Shown here: piece after piece, positions 55,596 through 64,000 of the stretch
How the letters are laid out: each line of letters begins with the position of its first letter
Position numbering within the stretch: the stretch's first letter is position 1
DNA from: Bdellovibrionales bacterium
Lineage (GTDB): Bacteria > Bdellovibrionota > Bdellovibrionia > Bdellovibrionales > UBA1609
DNA length: 64,000 bases
Direction of reading: 5' to 3'
Assembly (NCBI GenBank): GCA_041690295.1
Contig: JAWLHR010000008.1
Coordinates: 32,001-96,000 of the forward strand
Translations under genes and position numbers: made by a program
The notes under the pieces: generated by a model
Databases searched by the model: none
Told to the model about the DNA's origin: nothing
Seen by the model: only the letters and a program-made list of their open reading frames with translations

Positions 55596-56639
55596 ATGAG
55601 TTTTGTCTCTCAACTCGAGCTCCTGATGCGGCGTTTTGGCCTGAATCACTTTGGTGTCACGCCGTTGGCCAAACCCCTGTCGATGTCACTGTATCGGGAG
55701 TGGCTGGAATCTGGACATCAGGCCAGCATGAAATACCTGAGCGATCATGCGGATCTGAAAGAAAATCCTCAAGAATTCGCGCCGCGCGCCCGCACCGCCA
55801 TCGTGGTGGCGCGAAGTTATTTCCCTCACCCCTATGCGGTGGACGAGCGCTCGACGCCGCGGCTTCGAACCGCGCTTTACGCTCGCGGTGAAGATTATCA
55901 TTTCCATTTTCGTGATGAACTCGAAACCGTGGCTCGCGAGTTGCGCGCGCGTTATCCGGAACATGAATTCTTATGTTTCACGGACTCCGCTCCGATTCTT
56001 GAGCGCGATCTAGCTTACCGCGCGGGTCTCGGTTGGTTCGGAAAGAACACCTGCTTGATTCATCCGCGTGAGGGAAGTTTGTTTTTCCTCGGGCAAATTT
56101 TAACTTCGCTCCCGGTTGATGCCGAGCCGGCGTCACCTGTTCCTGATTTTTGCGGCAAATGCGACCGCTGCTTGCGCGCCTGTCCGACCGGGGCTTTGGA
56201 AGAACCCCGCGTTTTGAACGCCAACAAATGCATTTCTTTTTGGACCATTGAAGCCCGCGAAGACGCTCCTCCCGAACTTCGCGTGCGATTGGGTGACTGG
56301 TTTTTCGGTTGCGATATTTGCCAGACCGTTTGTCCGTGGAATGAAAAGGTTTTCGGCCGGGCCAAGGTCGCCGCTTTGAATGAACCGGCCGCCGTCACCG
56401 ACGAAACCATCGCCGACTTGCGCTGGATTCTCACTTCATCCAACAAGGAACTCGCGCGCATCTTCGCCCGATCCCCGCTTTCACGGGCCCGCCCGATCGG
56501 GCTGAAACGCAATGCTTTGGTGGTGATCGCCAATCGCGGCCTATCCCAGCTTCGCCCCGAGGTGAGCGAACTCGTCGACCATCCCCGCCTTGGTGACCTC
56601 GCCCGCTGGACACTGGCGCGGTTGGGTGGGAATTTGTAA
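55596..56639 (+). CDS. queG: Epoxyqueuosine reductase
   Basis: YARGEDYH, DSAPILER, GKNT, CGKCDRCLRACPT, FGCDICQTVCPWN. Confidence 0.95.
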   Translation: MSFVSQLELLMRRFGLNHFGVTPLAKPLSMSLYREWLESGHQASMKYLSDHADLKENPQEFAPRARTAIVVARSYFPHPYAVDERSTPRLRTALYARGEDYHFHFRDELETVARELRARYPEHEFLCFTDSAPILERDLAYRAGLGWFGKNTCLIHPREGSLFFLGQILTSLPVDAEPASPVPDFCGKCDRCLRACPTGALEEPRVLNANKCISFWTIEAREDAPPELRVRLGDWFFGCDICQTVCPWNEKVFGRAKVAALNEPAAVTDETIADLRWILTSSNKELARIFARSPLSRARPIGLKRNALVVIANRGLSQLRPEVSELVDHPRLGDLARWTLARLGGNL

Positions 56640-56698
56640 CTCCTGATTAACGCAACATTCCCTGACCGGCGCGGGAACAAGCGAATATAGTCACGTCA

Positions 56699-57331
56699 AT
56701 GATCGCGAAAATACTTTCTCTCAATGTGGCGCATCCGCGGACAATGGAATTCGAGGGCAAAACCATTCAGTCCTCGATGAAGAAAGACCCTGTCACCGGT
56801 CCGCTGATTGTTTCCGAAACCAACATTGAAGGTGACTCCTTCGCCCATCCGAACGTGCACGGCACGCCGGACAGCGTGCTCTACGCCTTCGGACTTAAAC
56901 AGGCTCTCAACGTCATGCACCGACTCGGCCGCGATGAGTATCCGCCGGGCGCACTGGGCGAAAACCTGACCCTTGATGATTTTGACGAAAGTCAGATCAG
57001 CGTGGGCGACACGTTCGCCATCGGTGAAGTTCTCGTGCAAGCCACGTTTCCGCGAATTCCCTGCAAGAAAGTGGACGTACGAATGCAACACCCGCGTGGG
57101 AAAGTTGAACTTGAATCGAGCGGTCACACCGGCGTGTATTTTAGAATCCTCAAGCCGGGAAAAATCCACTCCACGGATGTCGTGAAACGCGTGGAAGAGA
57201 TGGCGCCCGAGCGAAGATTTCCAATCCAGGATGTTTTGAGAATGGTGGTTTCGGGCGAAGCGTTCGATATCGATCGTGTGCTGGCCAACGGCGCGTTCCC
57301 CCAGCGCTTCCTCGCTAAACTGCAAAGCTGA
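56699..57331 (+). CDS. MOSC-domain protein (YiiM-like)
   Basis: VHG, GENLT, PRIPCKK, TGVYFRIL. Confidence 0.88.
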   Translation: MIAKILSLNVAHPRTMEFEGKTIQSSMKKDPVTGPLIVSETNIEGDSFAHPNVHGTPDSVLYAFGLKQALNVMHRLGRDEYPPGALGENLTLDDFDESQISVGDTFAIGEVLVQATFPRIPCKKVDVRMQHPRGKVELESSGHTGVYFRILKPGKIHSTDVVKRVEEMAPERRFPIQDVLRMVVSGEAFDIDRVLANGAFPQRFLAKLQS

Positions 57332-57489
57332 TTGGTACACCGGTCCTTTTACATTGGGTGTGATGGCGCCGAAATGGAAGAGATTGGCCGCCCGGACACC
57401 GAGACTTCCGAATCGGACACCACCTCGTCAGACTGTGTGCAAATGCGATACAGGGTCACTGTGCCCGGGCGCAGTTCGAAGAACCACCG

Positions 57490-57969
57490 CTAAACTTCCG
57501 CGCCCGCGTCCGCGTTCAGCGGCACACCAAAATGTTCCTGGGTGCGCACTAAACGGCGACGCAATAATCGTGTCATGTCACCCTTAATCAAAAGATCATC
57601 GGCCAGGTAGCCGAAGATCCCCAAGGGCAACTGATAGTCCACCAGATCCGTCACGATGGTCACATTCTCACTGTGATCTTCGAACTTCATGGTGTGAACC
57701 CAAGAACGAAACACGCCTTCGGTTTGGCGGTAGGTCAGCCGGCTTCCCGGCAACACGTCTTCGATACGGAAGCGAATACTTTGCGAAAGACCAAACCGGG
57801 TCATGTTGAAATGCACCTCGTTCCCACGCTTCAAATCCCCGTCCGGCGTGACCACTTCCACTTCGATGGTGGGCGCCAGCAATTCGGGCTGATTTGATGG
57901 TTTGGTCAGGTAATCAAAAACTTCGTTGCGGGGAGCATGGATAAGCTCGGAAATTTGGATATGCGCCAT
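57490..57969 (-). CDS. SRPBCC family protein
   Basis: EVFDY, QTEGVFRSWVHT, DLVDYQLPLG. Confidence 0.8.
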   Translation of the reverse strand: MAHIQISELIHAPRNEVFDYLTKPSNQPELLAPTIEVEVVTPDGDLKRGNEVHFNMTRFGLSQSIRFRIEDVLPGSRLTYRQTEGVFRSWVHTMKFEDHSENVTIVTDLVDYQLPLGIFGYLADDLLIKGDMTRLLRRRLVRTQEHFGVPLNADAGAEV

Positions 57970-58006
57970 AGACAGCCATTTTGACATAGGATAATGGTCA
58001 ATCCAA

Positions 58007-58939
58007 ATGAATCCGTCGTTTTCGCCCGCGAATCAAAAGCTCTTCTTTACGCGCCAGGACCCAGCCGATCCCCGCCTGGGAGAGATGGTGAAAACCGCCC
58101 CAGTCGATGCGCCCGGCGTGGCCATCGTGGGTTATCCGGACGACGAGGGCGTGGCGCTCAATGGCGGGCGAACAGGCGCCAAACTCGGCCCTGATGCCAT
58201 TCGCGAGTGGCTCTACCGGATGACGCCGCATCCGCGTTTAGAAACCCGTGCGTTATTTGATTTAGGCAATCTCAAAACCGAAGCGCCGATCGGGGACCGC
58301 CACAACCTGGCGGCCGATGCGGTCAAAGAACTCTTAGGACGTGGCCACAAGGTGCTCGCCCTCGGCGGAGGAAACGATTACGCCTTCGCTGACGGATGGG
58401 GGTTTTTGCAATCCCTCAAAAGTGACACTCGTCCCGTGATCGTCAACATCGATGCCCACCTGGACGTTCGGGATCTCAGCCGCGGTCTCACCAGCGGCAC
58501 GCCGTTTTATCGCTTGCTTGAATCTGAACACGAATTTCACTTTATCGAAATCGGCATGCAAAGCGTTTGCAATGCCAAATCCCATTGGGATTACGTTGAG
58601 AAAAAGGGCGGCAAAATCATTTCGATGGATGAAATTCTCGAATGCGGCGCGGGCTTTCACGACTATGTCACCCGCGAACTGGGCGATCTCTTGCGCCGGA
58701 AAATTCCCGCCTACATCGCCATCGACATCGATGCGTTCGCTTATCCGTTCGCCAAAGGCTCCAGCGCGCCGTGGCCCCTGGGCATTGATCCCCACCAGTT
58801 CTACACCACATTAAAATTACTCCTTAATCGCTGGGATGTGCGCGTGTTGGGGATTTACGAAGTGTCACCTGAACTTGAAAACGGCACCGGCACCGCTAAA
58901 CTCGCGGCGCAATGGGCGCATATGTTTTTACATGTTTGA
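58007..58939 (+). CDS. hutG: Formimidoylglutamase (arginase family)
   Basis: DEGVALNGGRTGA, NIDAHLDVR, SGTPF, DID. Confidence 0.85.
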   Translation: MNPSFSPANQKLFFTRQDPADPRLGEMVKTAPVDAPGVAIVGYPDDEGVALNGGRTGAKLGPDAIREWLYRMTPHPRLETRALFDLGNLKTEAPIGDRHNLAADAVKELLGRGHKVLALGGGNDYAFADGWGFLQSLKSDTRPVIVNIDAHLDVRDLSRGLTSGTPFYRLLESEHEFHFIEIGMQSVCNAKSHWDYVEKKGGKIISMDEILECGAGFHDYVTRELGDLLRRKIPAYIAIDIDAFAYPFAKGSSAPWPLGIDPHQFYTTLKLLLNRWDVRVLGIYEVSPELENGTGTAKLAAQWAHMFLHV

Positions 58940-59984
58940 GAATCTGGATTTTAAACTCAGTCTGGGCAGCGATAACCATTCCGGCGTTCATCCTGAAATT
59001 CTCAAAGCCATGATCGAATGCAACCGTGGCCATGCTCACGCCTACGGTCTTGATGAAGTTTCACAAATCACCGCTGAAGAATTTAAACGCGTCTTCGGTC
59101 CGACGGTTCAACCGGAATATGTTTTCACCGGCACGGCCGCCAACGTCCTCTCGCTCGCTCCGCTTTTAAACAGTTATCACGCGGTGTTTTGTTCGGAACA
59201 GGCTCACCTGCACCTGGATGAGTGCGGAGCCCCCGAAAAGTTTTGGGGTGGAAAACTCTTTCTCCTCCCTTCCTCCGACGGAAAAATCCACCCGGAGCAA
59301 TGTGAAGAGCACCTCACACGTTTGGGTGATCAACATTTCGCCCAACCCAAGGCGGTCTCGCTCACCCAACCCACGGAACTTGGCGTTTGTTACACGCTCG
59401 AAGAACTGGCCAGGTGGAAGACGTTTTGTCGCGAAAGAAATCTTATGTTGCATCTTGATGGCGCCCGACTCGTCAATGCGGCCGCTCACCTGGGATGCGA
59501 ACTCCGCGAGCTGACCGACGGGGCTGATGTGGTTTCTTTCGGCGGCACGAAAAACGGCCTTATGGGAGCGGAGGCGGTTTTACTTTTCAGCGATCAAGCC
59601 AAAGCGGATTTCAAATTTTACCGCAAGCAGGCGATGCAACTCTCAAGCAAAACACGATTCATTGCGGCTCAGTTTTATGCGTTTTTACACAATGATATGT
59701 GGCGAAATATCGCCATGCATACAACCGGACTCGCCAAGCAGCTGAGCGAGAGTTTAAGCGCTTTCCCGGAAATTCGCGTGGCCTATCCGGTGCAGAGCAA
59801 CGCGGTTTTCGTGGAGCTTCCACGGACCTGGGTTAAACCGCTCAGGGAGCGCTATTTTTTTTATATCTGGGACGCTAAAAAATCACTTGCGCGATGGATG
59901 ATCAGTTGGGATTGGTCTGAGGAACTCAATCGAAAACTTCAGGCCGATATCGGGGAGGTCAGGACATGTTTTCCGATAGAATGA
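58932..59984 (+). CDS. Low-specificity L-threonine aldolase
   Basis: SDN, GTAAN, DECGAPE, TQPTELG, HLDGAR, GGTKNG. Confidence 0.9.
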   Translation: MFENLDFKLSLGSDNHSGVHPEILKAMIECNRGHAHAYGLDEVSQITAEEFKRVFGPTVQPEYVFTGTAANVLSLAPLLNSYHAVFCSEQAHLHLDECGAPEKFWGGKLFLLPSSDGKIHPEQCEEHLTRLGDQHFAQPKAVSLTQPTELGVCYTLEELARWKTFCRERNLMLHLDGARLVNAAAHLGCELRELTDGADVVSFGGTKNGLMGAEAVLLFSDQAKADFKFYRKQAMQLSSKTRFIAAQFYAFLHNDMWRNIAMHTTGLAKQLSESLSAFPEIRVAYPVQSNAVFVELPRTWVKPLRERYFFYIWDAKKSLARWMISWDWSEELNRKLQADIGEVRTCFPIE

Positions 59985-61060
59985 ACTATCACGATTACCT
60001 GCAAATCGATCGTCTGTTGAGTTGCCAGAAACTCGAAAGTGAAGCGCAAGGATCGAGAGCCCACGACGAAATGCTCTTCATCATCATTCATCAGGTTTAT
60101 GAGTTGTGGTTCAAGCAGATCCTGACCGAAGTCGAATCCGTTCTCGAAATCTTCGGCCGGGATCATATCGACGAAAAGTTGATGGATTTGGTGGTCAGCC
60201 GTCTTCAACGGGTGGTTGAAATACAAAAACTTTTGGTCGATCAGGTGCGAATCATTGAAACAATGACCCCGCTCGATTTTCTTGAATTCCGCGACATGCT
60301 GATCCCCGCCTCCGGATTTCAAAGCTTTCAATTCCGCGTTCTTGAAAACCGCCTTGGTCTGAAGCGCGAACAGCGACTGCGCTACAATCAGGCGGAGTAT
60401 GATCTTTCGCTGAAACCGGAACAACGGCAAACCATGCGGGATATCGAAAACAAGCCCAGCCTTTTTGACCGTGTGGAAAAATGGCTTGAACGCACGCCGT
60501 TCTTGAAAATGCGGGGCTTTGATTTTTGGCAAGCCTATAAAAAGACGGTTGAAGATGGTTTGATTCGCGATCTTGAAATCATCCAGAAAAATCCCAATCT
60601 CGGCCCCGAGGATCGCGAGCGCAACAAGAAGATCCTTGAAGGCTCGCTGGCCGGTTTTCGCGCGTTGTTTGATGAGAAGGCCTATGCCGAAGCCCGTGCC
60701 CAAGGCACTTGGCGACTGTCTTATAGGGCCATTCACGCGGCTCTCTTGATCCAGGTTTACCGGGACCAGCCGGCGCTGCAGCTCCCCTTCCGTCTCCTCA
60801 CCGCTTTGCAAGACATGGACGAATGGTTCACGACCTGGCGTTATCGCCACGCCCTGATGACCAAGCGGATGCTGGGCTCGAAGGTTGGAACCGGCGGCTC
60901 AAGCGGTTTTGAATATCTCAAGAACGCCACTGACAAACACAAGGTCTTTCAAGATTTGTTTCAATTGACCACGTTCTTTGTCCCGCGCTCCAAGCTTCCC
61001 CATTTACCCGTGGAAGTGGAGCGCGAACTCGGGTTCTTTTACTCGAATTCCGGCAATTGA
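59966..61060 (+). CDS. kynA: Tryptophan 2,3-dioxygenase
   Basis: HDEMLFIIIHQVYELWFK, PASGFQSFQFR, GTGGSSG; start may be ATG 59981. Confidence 0.95.
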   Translation: MFSDRMNYHDYLQIDRLLSCQKLESEAQGSRAHDEMLFIIIHQVYELWFKQILTEVESVLEIFGRDHIDEKLMDLVVSRLQRVVEIQKLLVDQVRIIETMTPLDFLEFRDMLIPASGFQSFQFRVLENRLGLKREQRLRYNQAEYDLSLKPEQRQTMRDIENKPSLFDRVEKWLERTPFLKMRGFDFWQAYKKTVEDGLIRDLEIIQKNPNLGPEDRERNKKILEGSLAGFRALFDEKAYAEARAQGTWRLSYRAIHAALLIQVYRDQPALQLPFRLLTALQDMDEWFTTWRYRHALMTKRMLGSKVGTGGSSGFEYLKNATDKHKVFQDLFQLTTFFVPRSKLPHLPVEVERELGFFYSNSGN

Positions 61061-61686
61061 ACGTGTGAAACCAGAATCGCGCGCACGGGCGAAGCATCAC
61101 CGTTTTCAATCGGCAAAGGCAGCGCGATCAGCGTGTACTCACCTTCCGGAACCTCTTTGAGGACAAGACCTTCAAGGACGGCGAAGTTCCTGGCAAATAA
61201 TCTTTGATGGGCTTCAAGTTTTTTGGAGTCTTCCGGATCCACCGAAGGCGTGTCGATCCCCACCAGGCGAACACCTTGATCCGCCAGATAGTCCAAAGCT
61301 TCGGGCGAGAGGGAATTAAAATCCGAATTCCATACCTCGGGATTGGGGAACGATTGGGTATCGATCAGTACCCGTGGGGCGCGGATGGCGGGGAGATGTC
61401 TGGCCTGCACCCGTTCCTTGGCTTTTAACCCTCGAATCCGAATGACTTGCGCCCGCCCCAGGTAAAGGCTGAGCGGTCGCTTTTCGATGCTCACCCCATC
61501 GGGATGATAGTGACTTGGAGCGTCGGCATGCGCTCCAAGGTGAACCGTGGTCAGTATGCTCGAGAGCTCCAGGTGATCGCCCGTTTTGAAACTCATTGCG
61601 GTCTTGCGGGTGAAGGGCTGATCGCCGGGAAAAACTCCCAATCGGCCGGAAATCAATGGGGTGATATCAAAAATCCGAGGTTTCAT
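61039..61686 (-). CDS. kynB: Kynurenine formamidase (cyclase family)
   Basis: HLGAHADAPSH, GIDTPSVD, DASPVRA. Confidence 0.88.
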   Translation of the reverse strand: MKPRIFDITPLISGRLGVFPGDQPFTRKTAMSFKTGDHLELSSILTTVHLGAHADAPSHYHPDGVSIEKRPLSLYLGRAQVIRIRGLKAKERVQARHLPAIRAPRVLIDTQSFPNPEVWNSDFNSLSPEALDYLADQGVRLVGIDTPSVDPEDSKKLEAHQRLFARNFAVLEGLVLKEVPEGEYTLIALPLPIENGDASPVRAILVSHVQLPEFE

Positions 61687-61716
61687 TTTATCAAAGCCTA
61701 TCTTAAACTCCTGACG

Positions 61717-62955
61717 ATGTCCTTACAAAGAGTTCGCGGCACGCAAGATCTGCTGCCTGAAGTTCAGGCGAAATACAACCTCGTTGTGGATAAAGCCCGC
61801 GGCATCGCCTTGCGCTTCGGCTTTCAGGAAATGTCCACGCCCATCTTTGAGTTTTCCGATGTGTTCAAGCGCACCTTGGGCGAGGCCACGGACATCGTGA
61901 ACAAGGAGATGTACACGTTTCAGGATCGAAACGGCGAAGAGATCACTCTGCGTCCCGAAGGCACCGCGAGCATCGCGCGGGCGTTCATCTCTGAAGGGTT
62001 AAGCCAACTTGTGCCTTTAAAACTTTTCTACCAGGGACCGATGTTTCGCTATGAGCGCCCGCAAAAAGGACGTTATCGCCAGTTTCACCAATTCGGCGTC
62101 GAGCTGCTCGGCCCCGCCTCGCCCATGGCGGATGTGGAAGTCATCAGCCTTGGTCACATGATTCTTTCGGAATTGAAAATTCGTGAGCGCTGCGAACTGA
62201 ACCTGAACTCCATCGGCGATCAGGAAAGTCGAAAGCGCTACGTGAACGCGCTGGTGGATTACCTCAGTTCGCGAAAAAAGGATTTATCCGCCGACGGCCA
62301 GAAACGATTGGAGACGAACCCCCTACGGATCCTGGACTCCAAAGACGAGGGCGATCGAAAGATCATCCAGGACGCCCCCCGTATTCAAGAGTATTACAAT
62401 GAGGAGTCCAAGGCGTTCTTCGACAAAGTCACGTCGGCGCTGACCGAGTTCGGAATTTCATTCACCGTGAATCCGCTTCTTGTCCGCGGTCTCGACTATT
62501 ACAATCACTGTGTGTTTGAATTCCGCTCGACGGATTTAGGCGCTCAGGACGCGGTGCTGTCGGGCGGCCGCTACGATGACCTCATCAAGCAAATGGGTGG
62601 TCCCCACACGCCAGGTGTTGGTTGGGCGGCGGGGATTGAGCGCATCCTTTTGCTCACGCCACTGGAACCGCAGCTGCCAAGACCTGTGGCCGTGATCCCC
62701 GTACACGAAAGCACGGAAACCCCGGCATTCAAACTGGCCTACGATCTGCGAACGCAAGGTTTAGCCTGCGAAGTGCATTTTTCCGGCAATCTCTCAAAGA
62801 GGATGAAAAAGGCCGTCTCGCAAAAATGTATCGCCGCCATTTTACTTGGACCGGATGAACTCGCTCGCAATGAGGCCACCCTCAAGTGGCTGGATAGCGG
62901 CCAGCAGGAAGTCGTGCCGCTCAACCAGCTGCCGTCCCGCCTGCAAAATCTTTAA
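61717..62955 (+). CDS. hisS: Histidine--tRNA ligase
   Basis: RGTQD, LRPEGTA, FRYERPQKGRYRQFHQ, RGLDYY, GGRYD; start re-assigned to ATG 61717. Confidence 0.97.
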   Translation: MSLQRVRGTQDLLPEVQAKYNLVVDKARGIALRFGFQEMSTPIFEFSDVFKRTLGEATDIVNKEMYTFQDRNGEEITLRPEGTASIARAFISEGLSQLVPLKLFYQGPMFRYERPQKGRYRQFHQFGVELLGPASPMADVEVISLGHMILSELKIRERCELNLNSIGDQESRKRYVNALVDYLSSRKKDLSADGQKRLETNPLRILDSKDEGDRKIIQDAPRIQEYYNEESKAFFDKVTSALTEFGISFTVNPLLVRGLDYYNHCVFEFRSTDLGAQDAVLSGGRYDDLIKQMGGPHTPGVGWAAGIERILLLTPLEPQLPRPVAVIPVHESTETPAFKLAYDLRTQGLACEVHFSGNLSKRMKKAVSQKCIAAILLGPDELARNEATLKWLDSGQQEVVPLNQLPSRLQNL

Positions 62956-63896
62956 GGATTCCAGTGTCCGTTTTTTCGTTTAAGGCAGGGAAGTGACGGC
63001 GAGTTCTCGTGTTGCTCGTAGGCCCAAGCCACGAGCTGTGCGTCCTTGCCGTTGTTGAGCAGGTCGCCGATTGTCACCGGGCCCCGGTCAAAGGACAGCT
63101 TCCAGCCATTGAACATCAAGCAGTTTTCCTTAACCGAGCCATTGGTGTCGCGCAAAGTGCCGAGCAGTAAATTCTGATCCATTTTATAATCGCCCAGCGA
63201 CAACCAGCCTTTGGCAAAGGCGTTCATCATGAAGGTTTGAAGGCTCGCTCCGGGCTTCACAAAACCGCACATGAACTGGTCGATCGACTCCTTGTCGTAA
63301 CTTGATTTCGCCGCCTCTTGCACCATCACCCGCGAGGATTGGCGCTCATCCATTTCCCGTTCGGCGAGCTTGGCCTTGCAGTCCTCGATCTGAGCCTCGA
63401 ATTCATCGGCGCGTTTTTGGAGAATCATTTTGTAACCGTTGAAGCGCGCGAAACGGTCGCGCAAATACTCCTCGGTGACACCCACCAGGTTCTTCTTTTC
63501 ATCCAAGCCGATCTTGAATTCTTCTTCCTTGTCGGTCACCCGGTCCAAGGGTTCCGTCCACACCAGAGTTCCGCTGCCGCCATATTGGCGCGAAGCCAGG
63601 CGGCGCTTACAGGATTTCAACTCGCCGTAAAGCCCCAGCGACTTTAATTTGCGAGTGCCGTAAACCTTATCCTCAAGGGAATAAACGGTGTTCTGCAGAT
63701 CCCGCAGTTTCTCCGACATTTCTTCCTTGCTCTGAACGACCATCTCCCCATTTTTCAGACCCACCTTCTGGGCTCCACTCACCGTGTTGGCTTGTTCGAG
63801 TTTGGTATCGATGTCCTGAGCCTTATGCGGATTGGATTTGCAGCCGACCAAGATGGCTGCGGATAGGATGGCAACTAATGCGTAAAATTTAGGCAT
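62952..63896 (-). CDS. Hypothetical lipoprotein with coiled coil
   Basis: GAGG RBS; lipobox LVGC. Confidence 0.75.
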   Translation of the reverse strand: MPKFYALVAILSAAILVGCKSNPHKAQDIDTKLEQANTVSGAQKVGLKNGEMVVQSKEEMSEKLRDLQNTVYSLEDKVYGTRKLKSLGLYGELKSCKRRLASRQYGGSGTLVWTEPLDRVTDKEEEFKIGLDEKKNLVGVTEEYLRDRFARFNGYKMILQKRADEFEAQIEDCKAKLAEREMDERQSSRVMVQEAAKSSYDKESIDQFMCGFVKPGASLQTFMMNAFAKGWLSLGDYKMDQNLLLGTLRDTNGSVKENCLMFNGWKLSFDRGPVTIGDLLNNGKDAQLVAWAYEQHENSPSLPCLKRKNGHWNP

Positions 63897-64000
63897 AACC
63901 CCGCCCCCTCAATAAAGTGATTCCATGATCCGAAGCACGCACCGCACCGGTCAACTCAAGACGCAAGCGAGAATTTAAAAATAAAAAAAGCCCCCGGGGA

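Noticed and set aside
57332..57489. Intergenic stretch with CGGACACC twice
   Set aside because: Only two 8-bp copies; no array, tRNA fold or supported ORF.
50940..60850. Long antisense ORFs 50940..51620, 56060..56680, 56696..57340, 59939..60850
   Set aside because: They lie opposite yebC, queG, MOSC and kynA; best explained as codon-bias shadows.
61447..61716. 90-aa N-terminal extension of HisS
   Set aside because: It overlaps kynB on the other strand; HisS similarity starts at MSLQRVRG (61717).
1..64000. CRISPR arrays, rRNA, tRNA, IS elements
   Set aside because: None recognised by eye; tRNAscan, Infernal and a CRISPR finder would be needed to exclude them formally.

Overview
A chromosomal window of roughly 50-55% GC (visual estimate). 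It is most likely from a Bdellovibrionota-type predatory bacterium; this is inferred from gene content and style, not from a database match. It appears to span the replication terminus: a dif-like site sits at 31989-32016, and the KOPS-like octamers I spotted point towards it. The most striking feature is the first 15 kb. Eight consecutive genes encode signal-peptide-bearing proteins from four unrelated families: four paralogues with an RGxVGxDCS motif, two M28 peptidases, an amidoligase, and a circularly permuted ATP-grasp fused to an HExxH region. Every one carries the same C-E-x-x-L pentapeptide, either just after the signal peptide or at the extreme C-terminus, suggesting an undescribed cargo/effector tagging system. 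Next come a catalytic-domain-only tyrosine recombinase and a module of an HTH-TM protein, a stand-alone PAS protein, a heme-oxygenase-like diiron enzyme and a LuxI/FeeM-like acyltransferase, which looks like a small-molecule signal synthase/receptor system. The rest is mostly housekeeping and envelope genes (apt, rlmE, rpsN, greB, cca, queG, hutG, kynA/kynB, hisS and others). I also found three candidate structured small RNAs or a small ORF, recurring sigma28- and sigma54-like promoters, many apparently leaderless genes and one frameshifted gene. No rRNA, tRNA, CRISPR array or IS element was recognised. All family assignments are by-eye motif recognition; no searches were run.
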